Assembly (NCBI GenBank): GCA_944386555.1
Contig: CALXBN010000061.1
Coordinates: 15,255-79,254, forward strand
DNA: 64,000 nucleotides
Source: an uncultured Ruthenibacterium sp.
GTDB taxonomy: Bacteria; Bacillota; Clostridia; Oscillospirales; Ruminococcaceae
Direction: 5' to 3'
Below the pieces are notes generated by a model. It was not told where the DNA came from and ran no database searches. It saw only the letters and a list, made by a program, of their open reading frames with translations. Positions 17,299 to 26,552 of the stretch are shown one piece after another (the stretch's first letter is position 1; each line of letters starts with the position of its first letter). The position numbers were made by a program, and so were the translations under genes.

Positions 17299-17505
17299 TC
17301 ACTCCTTTCCGTCTTGATTCTTTTCGAGGATCAAACCGGCCAGCGCCGCGCGGAAACGCTGCTCGGCCTTTGCGGGACAGCGCTTCTTGTTCAGCACGGC
17401 GCTGACGTACTCGGGCGTCAGGCCCAGCACGCGGGCCAGCTCGCCGCGGGTGATGGCGTGGTCTTTCATGGTGGCCCAAACTTCGGCCTGCCAGGATATG
17501 GACAT
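17299..17505 (-). CDS. Cro-like HTH regulator
   Basis: ITRGELARVLGLTPEYVSAVLN helix-turn-helix; divergent from cI; AAAGGAGG RBS. Confidence 0.8.
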   Translation of the reverse strand: MSISWQAEVWATMKDHAITRGELARVLGLTPEYVSAVLNKKRCPAKAEQRFRAALAGLILEKNQDGKE

Positions 17506-17534
17506 GGGCGAAGCCTCCTTTCCGCATAAAAGTG

Positions 17535-17563
17535 TTTACAAAAGTAAACTGTTGTGCTATACT
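17535..17563 (+). promoter_or_regulatory. Promoter for cI
   Basis: TTTACA, 17 nt spacer, TGc-TATACT; -35 overlapped by the palindrome GTTTAC-AAAA-GTAAAC. Confidence 0.6.
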
Positions 17564-17613
17564 CTATGTGTGAATTTGAGGAGCAAAGTTTTCTTTTGTG
17601 AACCAGCATCTTT

Positions 17614-17642
17614 AGTATAGTACACATTCGTAAACTTTGCAA
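17614..17642 (-). promoter_or_regulatory. Early lytic (cro) promoter
   Basis: TTGCAA (17642-17637), 17 nt spacer, TATACT (17619-17614); overlapped by a TAAACTTTG operator half-site. Confidence 0.6.
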
Positions 17643-17702
17643 CCCCAAAAGTTTATTTTTATGAACTTTGTCAGATTGCACAAAGTTTACGGGTGATGCA
17701 CT

Positions 17703-18146
17703 ATGTTTTATGAACGATATCGATCGCTGTGCAAGGAGGAGGGCAAATCGCCCACCGCCGTCGCACTGGAGCTGGGGATTAGCAAATCCTCCGTGTCAAC
17801 GTGGAAAAATCTAAACCGGATTCCCAAAATGGATGTGCTGCAGCGGATTGCAGAGCACTTTCACGTCACGGTGGACTATCTGGTTGGAAATGTAAATGAA
17901 CCGTGGTTCCGCCTGGACAATCAGAAGATCCTGGACGAGATCAACGACCCGGGCCCGAAGGAAAAACCGGGCACGTATGGCCACAGTGCAGGCCATCCGG
18001 GCAGGTTTTCCCCCGATGACGAGCTGATGGCCTTTTATAACAATGTCAAGGACCATCTGACCGAGGTCGATCTGGCAGACATCCGGGCCTTGATGAAGAT
18101 TCGCGCCGAGCTGAACCTGCACAATAAGGATCGGGACGACCAGTGA
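17703..18146 (+). CDS. CI-like XRE-family repressor without an S24 peptidase domain
   Basis: SPTAVALELGISKSSVSTWK...PKMDVLQRIAEHFHVTVDYLVG; short helical C-terminus. Confidence 0.85.
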   Translation: MFYERYRSLCKEEGKSPTAVALELGISKSSVSTWKNLNRIPKMDVLQRIAEHFHVTVDYLVGNVNEPWFRLDNQKILDEINDPGPKEKPGTYGHSAGHPGRFSPDDELMAFYNNVKDHLTEVDLADIRALMKIRAELNLHNKDRDDQ

Positions 18147-18225
18147 CCGGGCGCGCGGGCGCCGCCATCTTGCAATGGAATGATGAAAAAAGCCCCGCGC
18201 AAGGCGGGGCAGGGGAGGGAACCTC

Positions 18226-18786
18226 ATGAAAATTTATACCTTGATCGGCGGGGTGAACGGCGCCGGCAAAAGCAGCCTGACTGGCAGCCTGAAGGCCGAG
18301 CGCACAGACCTGGGCCTGATTGTGGACCCCGACCGCATCACCGCCGAGGTGGGCGGCGACGAATACGAGGGCGGCAAGCTGGCCGTGGCCCGCATCGAGC
18401 AGGCCCTGGCCGACGGCGTGAATCTCACCCAGGAGACCACCCTCTCCGGCGGGTACCCCAGGCGGCTGGCCCGCCGGGCCAAGGAGGCCGGGTACTATGT
18501 GCGGCTGTACTACGTGGGCCTGGACGGCGTGGAGGAGGCCCTGGCGCGCATCCGCAACCGGGTGGCCAAGGGCGGCCACAACATTCCCCGGGCGGACGTG
18601 GAGAAGCGCTACGCCCACCGCGCCGGGGACGTGGCCAAGGTGCTGCCCTACTGCGACGAGGCCAAGTTCTTCGACAACAACAACGGCTTTGTGCTGGTGG
18701 CCGAGTACCGCAACGGCGAGCTGCTGCCCGTGGGCCGGTACCGCCCGGCCTGGCTGGAGGAGCTGCTGGCCGCGCTGGCGCAATAA
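18226..18786 (+). CDS. Zeta-toxin-like P-loop kinase (COG4185 type)
   Basis: IGGVNGAGKSS Walker A, VDPD, QETTLSG, RIRNRVAKGGHNIP, FFDN. Confidence 0.8.
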   Translation: MKIYTLIGGVNGAGKSSLTGSLKAERTDLGLIVDPDRITAEVGGDEYEGGKLAVARIEQALADGVNLTQETTLSGGYPRRLARRAKEAGYYVRLYYVGLDGVEEALARIRNRVAKGGHNIPRADVEKRYAHRAGDVAKVLPYCDEAKFFDNNNGFVLVAEYRNGELLPVGRYRPAWLEELLAALAQ

Positions 18787-18797
18787 CGCAACAAAAC

Positions 18798-18833
18798 AAA
18801 AAAAAAGGCCCCGGTGCTGGAACACCGGGGCCT
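18798..18833 (-). terminator. Intrinsic terminator on the minus strand
   Basis: 11 bp stem AGGCCCCGGTG/CACCGGGGCCT with a 9-A run at 18798-18806 (U-tract on the minus strand). Confidence 0.7.
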
Positions 18834-18874
18834 CGAAAGAACAGCTTACCCGAAAGAGGATAAACGGCTCACCA
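18798..18874 (-). ncRNA. Candidate ~75-80 nt antisense small RNA in the integrase leader
   Basis: Bounded by a minus-strand promoter (TTGCCA-18-TATAAT, 18910-18881) and the terminator at 18798-18833; no credible minus-strand protein gene between them. Confidence 0.4.
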
Positions 18875-18942
18875 CCTGTTATTATACCTCGTTCGGGTGG
18901 GGCTTGGCAATGCCATGTTTGCATCCCGAAGGAGGCTTTTTT

Positions 18943-20375
18943 ATGCAATTCGCGGCGATTTATGCCCGCTATTCGTCCGACAAGCAAACAGAGGACAGCA
19001 TCGACGCCCAGGTGCGCGCCTGCCGCGAGTACGCGGCCGCACACGGGCTGGAGGTGGTGGAGGTGTACGCCGACGAAGCCGTCAGCGGCAAGGGGTCCAA
19101 AACGGCCCAGCGCCGGCAGTATGCCCGCCTGCTGAAGGACGCCCAGCGCGGCCGGTTCTCGGTCATCCTGATTCACAAATACGACCGCATCGCCCGGAAC
19201 CTGGGCGAGCACGTCAACCTGGCGTCACGGCTGCAGGCCTGGGGCGTGGAGCTGGTGGCAACAGCCCAAAACTTCGGCCACGGCCCAGAGGGCAAAATCA
19301 TGCGGGCGCTGGTGTGGAGCATGTCGGAATACTACATCGACAACCTGGCCGAGGAGACGCGCAAGGGCCTGAAGGAGACGGCCCTGCAGGCGCTGCACAC
19401 AGGCGACGTGCCGCCTTTTGGGTACGATATTGTCGACCAGCACTATCAGATCAACCCGCTGGAGGCCGGCTTCGTCCGCCGCATCTTCGACGCAGCCCAG
19501 AAGGGTGAGGGCTTTTCGACCGTGCTGAAGGAAATTTCGGCCGCCGGCCTCACTGGCAAGCGGGGACGGCCGATCAAATATCCGCAGGTGTATGAGATGC
19601 TTCGCAATGAAAAATACACCGGGACGTATTTGTACACCCCCACCCAGCAGGCGAAGCGGGAAGCGAGAAGGGAAAAGGCTGAGGCCATCCGCATCGAAGG
19701 GGCGATCCCGGCCATTATCACAAAGGAGCAGTTTCTGGAGGTGCAGAAGATCATGAGAGCTCGCAAGCATGTGGGCCGTCACGCAGACTATTTGTGCAGC
19801 GGGCTGGTGTACTGCAGTTGCGGTGCAAAGATGCACGGAGCCACTTCGCGGCGCAAAGGCCATGAATACCGGTGGTTCAGATGCTCGGCACACTGCGGGG
19901 CGCCCTCGGTTCGCATGGATGACGTGGAGGATGCCGCGCGGCGGTACCTTCGCGGGCTGCTGACGGAGGAAACCCAGCGCGAAGTTGTCGCGGCCCTGCA
20001 GCTGTACCGGGCCGGCCAGAAAGACCGCGCGGCAGATTTCCGCCGAACCCTGGCAGCAAAAATCCGGGACAAACGCGCCCAGTACGATGCGCTGGTGGCA
20101 AATATGTCGTCAGGCGTGCTTCCGCCCGACGTTCTGGCGGACCTGGGCCTCAAACTGCAGCAGGTCAAAGAAGATATCGCAACCCTGGAGCAGGTGAAGC
20201 CGCCAAAGGATATCACCCATCAGGTGATCCGCTCCTGGCTTCAACAGCTGAGCACCCACCCCGACCAGGCCGCCATGCGCCTGCTGATCGAACGCATCGA
20301 CGTTCTGCCACACGAGCAAAAAGAAAGAACCGTTTTTAACATACAGAGTACATTAAAAACGGTTCTAAGAATTAA

Positions 20376-20397
<22 letters not shown>
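18943..20397 (+). CDS. Large serine recombinase (phage integrase)
   Basis: AAIYARYSSDKQ catalytic Ser motif, HKYDRIARN, PPFGY, LRNEKYTG and zinc ribbon LVYCSCGAKM..WFRC...CG; GAAGGAGG RBS. Confidence 0.95.
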
Positions 20398-20452
<55 letters not shown>

Positions 20453-20500
20453 ATATGAACAGGCGGCATACCGCCCTGCGCACTTTCAGCGTGCTTAATT

Positions 20501-20529
20501 ATTATAGGCGCTTTCACCGGGTTTGTCAA
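20501..20529 (-). promoter_or_regulatory. Consensus promoter of tRNA-fMet
   Basis: TTGACA, 17 nt spacer, TATAAT. Confidence 0.8.
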
Positions 20530-20665
20530 GGGGAATTTTCAAATTTTGCCCCGGGGCGGCCTTTTGGACAAAAAAGGCTGGAACTGGGCGCGGCGGTGCT
20601 GTATAATAGCGGCAAAGGCGGCCGCAGCGGCGGCTGTGCGCCGCAGGCAAAAGGAGGGTGCAACC

Positions 20666-20983
20666 GTGGATGAACGCTATGAAAAAGATGAACGCTATGA
20701 AAAGCAGAAGCTGCTGTGCCTGCGCATCTGCGCCGCGGCCTGTGTGGGGGTGCTGGTGGTGGCGGCCGTCAGCGCGGCGGTGCTGGTGCCCCGGGCTTTG
20801 GCGGCGCTGGACGGCCTGCAGCGGCTGACCGCCGTGGATTGGAACGCCCTGGAGGCGTCGGTGCGCGGCGGGCTGGACCAGGTGTCCCGGACGCTGGAGG
20901 CCCTGGACATCGACAGCCTGAACCAGGCCCTGGCCGATTTACAGGCGGTGATTGCCCCGCTGGCCCGGCTGATGGGCGGCTGA
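20666..20983 (+). CDS. Small membrane-anchored coiled-coil protein
   Basis: AAAGGAGG RBS and GTG start; one TM segment followed by an amphipathic helix; 18 nt tandem duplication (DERYEK x2) at 20669-20704. Confidence 0.65.
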   Translation: MDERYEKDERYEKQKLLCLRICAAACVGVLVVAAVSAAVLVPRALAALDGLQRLTAVDWNALEASVRGGLDQVSRTLEALDIDSLNQALADLQAVIAPLARLMGG

Positions 20984-21075
20984 GCCGGGCCAGCGGCGGG
21001 GAGGCCGGCCGCAGCGGGTTCCGGGGCAGGGCCGCCGGGGCCGGCTGCGCCATACAAAAATTCCGCAAAAACCCC

Positions 21076-21103
21076 TTGACATTCCCGCCCGGCGTGCTAT
21101 AAT
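21076..21103 (+). promoter_or_regulatory. Promoter of tRNA-Asn
   Basis: TTGACA, 16 nt spacer, TGc-TATAAT. Confidence 0.75.
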
Positions 21104-21130
21104 ATATATCGTCGCAAATGCGGCAGATAT

Positions 21131-21206
21131 TCCTCCTTAGCTCAGTTGGCAGAGCATGCGGCTGTTAACCGCAGGGTCGTTGGTTCGAGCCCAACAGGGG
21201 GAGCCA
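21131..21206 (+). tRNA. tRNA-Asn (GTT)
   Basis: TCCTCCT acceptor stem, TGCGG-CTGTTAA-CCGCA anticodon arm, GTTCGAG T-loop, CCA end. Confidence 0.95.
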
Positions 21207-21210
21207 AAAG

Positions 21211-21245
21211 AAAACCCGGTGTGCAAACACCGGGTTTTTCTTTTT
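21211..21245 (+). terminator. Intrinsic terminator after tRNA-Asn
   Basis: AAAACCCGGTG/CACCGGGTTTT stem plus T-run. Confidence 0.8.
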
Positions 21246-21412
21246 CATCCGGGCGGGCCGGGCGGGGCCCTGCGCGCCGCGTGTCACACGGCAGCGGCAA
21301 GCCGCCTTTGGCCCGCAGCCCTGTTGCGGCCGCGCGGATGCGGGGGTGCACTGCGGTTTTGCCGCTGCCGGTTGCCATTGCGGCCCGAATGGAACGCATT
21401 GGGGGGAAATCG

Positions 21413-21444
21413 AAAGGGGGCTTTTCTTGAAAAAGCCCCCTTTT
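21413..21444. repeat. Palindrome AAAGGGGGCTTTT-N-AAAAGCCCCCTTT, copy 1
   Basis: Near-identical copy at 56584-56620; both lie between convergent genes. Confidence 0.6.
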
Positions 21445-21474
21445 GCTTTGCGCATTGAAACGCTTATCGGCCTC

Positions 21475-22848
21475 TCAGGCGTCCTCCTCCTTGGCCACGG
21501 CGAACTCGGCCATGACGGTGGCGGCCATCTTGATGGCGTTGATGTAATCCTCCAGGATGATGTTCTCATTGGGGGCGTGGATGTTGGAGGCATCGTTGCC
21601 CGCGCCGAACATCACTGCGTCCAGGTTGGCCGCGTGGCAGAACTGGTACATGGCGGTGGTGCCGCTGCTGCTCACGAACACTTCAGGGTCCATGCCATAC
21701 ACGGGCTTCACGCACTTCACCACCGTCTTGGCGAACAGGCACTCGGGGTTGGCCCGGAAGGGCGGCTCGCCGGACAGGCGCACAACCTCGATGTCGGTGA
21801 AGCCGCGTTTGTCCAGATGGGCGCGCACTTTTTCCAGGATCTCCTCAGGGGTCTGGTCGGGCACCAGGCGCAGGTCCATTTTCACCACGGCGCTGCCGGG
21901 TTCCACGGTTTTGGCGCCCTCGCCCAGGTAGCCGGCCTTAAAGCCCGCAATGTTGGCGGTGGGCTCGTAGTAGAACTTTTTCAGCAGGGGAATGCCCGTC
22001 AGGCCGTTCACAAAGCCGTCCAGGCCCATGCGCTGCTTGGTCTCCTCCTCTTTGAACTGCAGGGTCTCCAGGCAGTGCATCTCGTACTCGGTGGGCGCTT
22101 TCACGTTGTCGTAGAAACCGTCGATGGTGATATGGTCCCGTTCGTCCTTCATGGTGGCCAGGGCGTGCACCAGCCGCCAGGCGGGGTTTTTCACAATGGC
22201 CGCATTGCTGGAGTGCAGGTCGCTGTTGGCGGTGCGGCAGCGCAGTTCGATGAACAGCAGGCCCTTTACGCCGAAGCACACTTCCAGCGGGCCGTTCAGC
22301 TGCTTGGAGCCGCCCTCCCAGGCAAAGCCGTCGGTTTTCAGCCGCTCGGGGTATTTTTGGGCGAACTCCGACAGGTGCACGCTGCCGATCTCCTCCTCGC
22401 CTTCGTAGATGAATTTCACGTTCAGCGGCAGCTGGCCGTACACCGCCTGAAAGGCTTTCACCGCGCACAGGCGGCTGAGCAGGCTGCCCTTGTTGTCGGT
22501 GGCGCCGCGGGCATACAGTTTGCCGTCCCGGATCTCGGCGGCGAAGGGGTCGCTGTGCCACTCCTCCAGCGGTTCCACAGGCTGCACGTCGTAGTGGTTG
22601 TAGAACGACAGGGTGCGGTCTTGGTTCCTGCCGGGGATCTCCGCGTACAAAATGGGGTTGCCGCTGGTCTCCACCACGTCCGGCGTCACGCCGATGGCGC
22701 CCATCTCCTGCCTGATCAGGTCCACCATCTCCCGCATGCCCACATTCTGGGCCGAGATGCTGGGCTGGCGGCAGAATTTCTGCAGCAGCTCGATGTACTC
22801 CTGGGCGTGGGCGTCTACATAGTCGTACAATTCCTTCAGATCCGTCAT
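21475..22848 (-). CDS. M20/M25/M40 metallopeptidase (ArgE/DapE-like)
   Basis: YNHYDVQP, ARGATDNKG, EGEEEIGS, DLHSS and NIHAPNE metal-binding motifs. Confidence 0.92.
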   Translation of the reverse strand: MTDLKELYDYVDAHAQEYIELLQKFCRQPSISAQNVGMREMVDLIRQEMGAIGVTPDVVETSGNPILYAEIPGRNQDRTLSFYNHYDVQPVEPLEEWHSDPFAAEIRDGKLYARGATDNKGSLLSRLCAVKAFQAVYGQLPLNVKFIYEGEEEIGSVHLSEFAQKYPERLKTDGFAWEGGSKQLNGPLEVCFGVKGLLFIELRCRTANSDLHSSNAAIVKNPAWRLVHALATMKDERDHITIDGFYDNVKAPTEYEMHCLETLQFKEEETKQRMGLDGFVNGLTGIPLLKKFYYEPTANIAGFKAGYLGEGAKTVEPGSAVVKMDLRLVPDQTPEEILEKVRAHLDKRGFTDIEVVRLSGEPPFRANPECLFAKTVVKCVKPVYGMDPEVFVSSSGTTAMYQFCHAANLDAVMFGAGNDASNIHAPNENIILEDYINAIKMAATVMAEFAVAKEEDA

Positions 22849-23038
22849 GATTGGCCTCCTTGTCTGCCGCTATTGTTTTGCGGCTAAACCGTTTGCAAAT
22901 TTGATGACATCATAACACGATGCGAATATTTCGTCAATGATTATTCATACATCGGCCGGAAAAAATTTGACAGGCGCCCCCGGCGGCCCGTATAATGGAT
23001 GCGTGTGAAGCAAAAAAAGAGAGAGGAGGGCGCCTATT

Positions 23039-23599
23039 TTGGAGTCGAACCGACCGGCCGTGCGCCATGCGGCCGAAGAACAGCTGTACCATGCCGCCCA
23101 TAAGCCCGGTATGATGTATGATTTTGTCACGGTGCTCAGCGCCATGGCAACCATTCCCCGGGAGTATGAGCCCGGCCTGACCCTGACCATGACCGAGGCC
23201 AGCACCGTGGCGGAGATTGCCGTGCACCCGGGCGTCACGGCGGCCCAGCTGTGCAAGAAGTGGAGCCGTACCCGGGGCGCGCTGAGCCAGCTGCTGAAAA
23301 AGCTGGAGCAGAAAGGGTTCATCTGCCGCGTGCGCGCCGAGGGCAATGACCGCGCCCTGCTGCTGTACCCCACGGTGAAAGGCATGGACCTGAACGCCCG
23401 CATGGAGCGTGTGGAGGAGCGCTACCACCGGCAGATGCTGGAGGAACTGCAGGCCCGGGGATGTACCAAGGCGGATATGGAAACCTTCTACCGGGTGACG
23501 GCCTGCTATACCGATGTGCTGCGCGCCCGGGCGGACCTGCAGTGGGACAACCTGGTGCCCCAGTACGGCCGGAAGGAAAATTCCCCCGCCCCGGACTGA
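23039..23599 (+). CDS. MarR-family regulator
   Basis: TTG start; VTAAQLCKKWSRTRGALSQLLKKLEQKGFI..DRALLLYPT.KG winged helix. Confidence 0.82.
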   Translation: MESNRPAVRHAAEEQLYHAAHKPGMMYDFVTVLSAMATIPREYEPGLTLTMTEASTVAEIAVHPGVTAAQLCKKWSRTRGALSQLLKKLEQKGFICRVRAEGNDRALLLYPTVKGMDLNARMERVEERYHRQMLEELQARGCTKADMETFYRVTACYTDVLRARADLQWDNLVPQYGRKENSPAPD

Positions 23600-23794
23600 G
23601 CGCACGGAATACGGCCATTTTGCGGCAGAGCCCTCTTTGGGGCGCTGCCGCATCTTCTTTTTTGGGCGGCGGCGGGCGGGGCGGAATGGTGAAAAAAGGA
23701 TGTCCTTTTTGTGAATTCTGACGAAAGGGGGGCGGTGGCGGCGGCAGGCAGTTGAATAAACATACAAAGTTTAACAGGGTGAAGCGCAAAAGTG

Positions 23795-23823
23795 TTGACA
23801 AATGTTGCCCGCCCATGTAAACT
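23795..23823 (+). promoter_or_regulatory. Promoter of the dpp/opp operon
   Basis: TTGACA, 17 nt spacer, TAAACT. Confidence 0.55.
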
Positions 23824-23918
23824 GTTGTTCAACTGCTAAACATGCCCGGCCCGGCCGCGGCGTGGAGGGGCGGGCCCGGGGCCCGCTTTGCGGGAGGAAA
23901 AGAAAAGGAGTGTTTGCG

Positions 23919-25517
23919 ATGAAAAAGAAATTGGCCCTTGTGATGGCTGTGGTCATGGCCTGCGCCATGGCGCTCAGCGCCTGCGGCGGCTCGTCCTCTT
24001 CGGCGGCGCCCGCCTCCGGCAGCGCGGCGGCCGTGTCCGGCAAAGCCGCCGACGACAAGACCCTCACCATCGGCGCGGCCAGCGACATTGTGACGCTGGA
24101 CCCCCACGACCAGAACCAGACCAACTGCCAGGACCTGTTCTCCAGCATTGCCAGTACCATGTTCACCCGTGACCTGGAATTCAACCTGGTGAACGACCTG
24201 TGCACCGAATACACCCAGGACTCCGACACCGAGTGGACCTTCCACATCCGCGAGGGCGTCAAATTCAACAACGGCGAGGATCTGACCGCCGATGACGTGA
24301 AGTATTCTTACGACCGCGTCAGCCAGGACAGCGCCCTGGTGGGCTATACTTATTTGAAGGCCATCACCGGCACCGAAGTGGTGGATGATTACACCGTGAA
24401 GGTGACCACCGACGGCGCCCGGCCCGACCTGCCCACCCTGCTGGCCATGGCCAGCAGCACCATCATGCCCAAGGACTTCATGGAGGAGAACGGCATCGAC
24501 GGCTACATTGAAAGCCCCGTCACCTCCGGCGCCTACAACCTGGTGGAGTGGGTGCCCGACGACCACTACACCATCGTGCCCAACCCCGATTATTACGGCG
24601 AGCCCGCCACCTGGGACCAGGTGACCTACCGCGTCATCCCCGAGAGCAGCACCCGTGTGTCCGAGCTGCTGGCCGGCGGCGTGGACGTGATCTACAATGT
24701 GCCCGTGAACGAGTGGGAGCGCGTGGGTGCCGAGGGCTCCGGCACCAGCCTGGTGTACGGCGAGACCAGCCGCGTGATGCTGCTGGTGGTGCGCTGCACC
24801 GACGGCTACGCCACCAGCGACCCGCTGGTGCGCGAGGCGCTGGAACTGGCCATTGACAAGGACGCCATCTGCGACACACTGCTGCAGGGCGCCGGCGTGC
24901 CCACCCGCACCCGTGTGGCCAGCTCCGTGCCCGGCTTTGACGAGAGCCTGTACGGCAGCGAGAACGCCAACCTGTATGACCCCGAGCGCGCCATGGAGCT
25001 GCTGGCCGAGGCCGGCTACGGCGAGGGCGGCCAGCCGCTGGAGATCACCCTCACCAGCCCCAACGGCCGCTACCTGATGGACGCCGAGATGGCCCAGATG
25101 ATCGCCGCTTACTTTGAGGCGGTGGGCGTCACCGTGAACCTGGAGCTGGTGGACGGCACCGTGCTGAGCAATATGTTCACCGGCAAGGAAAACAAAGACC
25201 TGCTGCTGATCGGCCTGTCCGACGGCCAGTATGACGGCCTGTATGCCCTGGGCAACAACGCCGACCCCGCCCGCGCCGAGGGCCAGACCGACTATTTCAA
25301 CGACGAGCTGACCGATTTGTACAACAGTGCCCGGGTGGAGATGGATGAAACGGCCCGCACCGAGATGGAGCAGCAGATGCAGCAGATCCTGGCGGAGGAC
25401 CGTCCCTTCATTCAGATCGCCCAGATGAACGCCGTGTTCGGCGTCAGCGACCGTGTGACGCTGACCCCGCGCATGGACACCAACATCATGCCCGATGAAG
25501 TGACGCTGGCCCAGTAA
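23919..25517 (+). CDS. Peptide/nickel ABC transporter substrate-binding lipoprotein (family 5)
   Basis: MKKK...LSAC lipobox; TLDPH, FHIREGVKFNNGEDLTADDVKYS family-5 signature. Confidence 0.93.
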   Translation: MKKKLALVMAVVMACAMALSACGGSSSSAAPASGSAAAVSGKAADDKTLTIGAASDIVTLDPHDQNQTNCQDLFSSIASTMFTRDLEFNLVNDLCTEYTQDSDTEWTFHIREGVKFNNGEDLTADDVKYSYDRVSQDSALVGYTYLKAITGTEVVDDYTVKVTTDGARPDLPTLLAMASSTIMPKDFMEENGIDGYIESPVTSGAYNLVEWVPDDHYTIVPNPDYYGEPATWDQVTYRVIPESSTRVSELLAGGVDVIYNVPVNEWERVGAEGSGTSLVYGETSRVMLLVVRCTDGYATSDPLVREALELAIDKDAICDTLLQGAGVPTRTRVASSVPGFDESLYGSENANLYDPERAMELLAEAGYGEGGQPLEITLTSPNGRYLMDAEMAQMIAAYFEAVGVTVNLELVDGTVLSNMFTGKENKDLLLIGLSDGQYDGLYALGNNADPARAEGQTDYFNDELTDLYNSARVEMDETARTEMEQQMQQILAEDRPFIQIAQMNAVFGVSDRVTLTPRMDTNIMPDEVTLAQ

Positions 25518-25618
25518 GGGCCCCAGGCCTTGCCCCCGCCGCGGCGGGACAGGACGGAATTTAAGGCAGGTCCGCAGGCGCCAGCCTGCGGGCCTTTGCT
25601 TTGCAAGAGGTGAATGTG

Positions 25619-26536
25619 ATGGCAAGATATTTGGTAAAGCGTGTGCTGCAGATGATCCCGGTGCTGCTGATCATCACACTGGTGGTGTTCCTGCTGGTGA
25701 ACGTGGCGGGCGACCCCACGGTGAACATGCTGCCCCTGGACGCCACCGAGGCGGACCGCCAGGCCCTGCGGGAAGCCCTGGGGCTGAACCGGCCGCTGTA
25801 TGTACAGTACCTGGACTTTTTGGGCGACGCGGTCACCGGGAATTTCGGCGAAAGCTACCGGTACAACCAGCCGGCGGTAGAGCTGGCGCTGCAGCGCATC
25901 CCGGCGTCGGTGCAGCTGGCGGGCACGGCTTTGCTGCTGGCCATTGTGCTGGCCATCCCCCTGGGCATCCTCAGCGCCATGTTCGCCAACTCCCCGCTGG
26001 ACCTGGCCGTCAGCGGCATTTCGGTGCTGGGGCGGGCCATGCCCAACTTCTGGGTGGGCATTCTGCTGATCCTGCTGTTTGCGGTGGAACTGAACGTGCT
26101 GCCGGTGTCCGGCTCGGGCACGCCGGCCCATCTGGTGCTGCCGGCGGTGACGCTGGCCATCCAGGCGGCGTCCCAGATCATCCCGCTGATCCGCTCCAAT
26201 ATGCTGGCCATCATGCACGAGGATTACATCCGCACCGCCCGCAGCAAGGGCCTGCGGGAGGCGGGCGTGGTGTGCATCCACGCCTTCAAGAACGCGCTGG
26301 TGCCGGTGGTCACTGTGGTGGCGCTGGAGATCCCCAGCCTGATTGGCGGTTCGCTGATCACCGAGACGGTGTTCGCCTGGCCGGGCCTGGGCCAGTTCCT
26401 CATCCAGGCCATCAACAACCAGGATATGAGCGTGGTGCAGGTGTGCATTCTCCTGATCGCGGTGATCACGCTGGTGGCCAACCTGCTGGCGGACATTGTG
26501 TACTGCCTGATCGACCCGCGCATCCGCTATTCATAA
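25619..26536 (+). CDS. Peptide ABC permease, DppB/OppB-like
   Basis: GLNRPLYVQY, YIRTARSKGL EAA loop, ITETVFAWPGLG. Confidence 0.93.
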   Translation: MARYLVKRVLQMIPVLLIITLVVFLLVNVAGDPTVNMLPLDATEADRQALREALGLNRPLYVQYLDFLGDAVTGNFGESYRYNQPAVELALQRIPASVQLAGTALLLAIVLAIPLGILSAMFANSPLDLAVSGISVLGRAMPNFWVGILLILLFAVELNVLPVSGSGTPAHLVLPAVTLAIQAASQIIPLIRSNMLAIMHEDYIRTARSKGLREAGVVCIHAFKNALVPVVTVVALEIPSLIGGSLITETVFAWPGLGQFLIQAINNQDMSVVQVCILLIAVITLVANLLADIVYCLIDPRIRYS

Positions 26537-26552
26537 AAGGAGGTTGGCCTGC

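Noticed and set aside
18814-18942. Upstream extension of the integrase ORF
   Set aside because: The GAAGGAGG RBS and the catalytic-domain start support the ATG at 18943; the extension covers the terminator and antisense promoter.
20669-20704. 18 nt tandem duplication (DERYEK x2)
   Set aside because: Two copies, in frame, most simply a slippage duplication; no evidence of phase variation.
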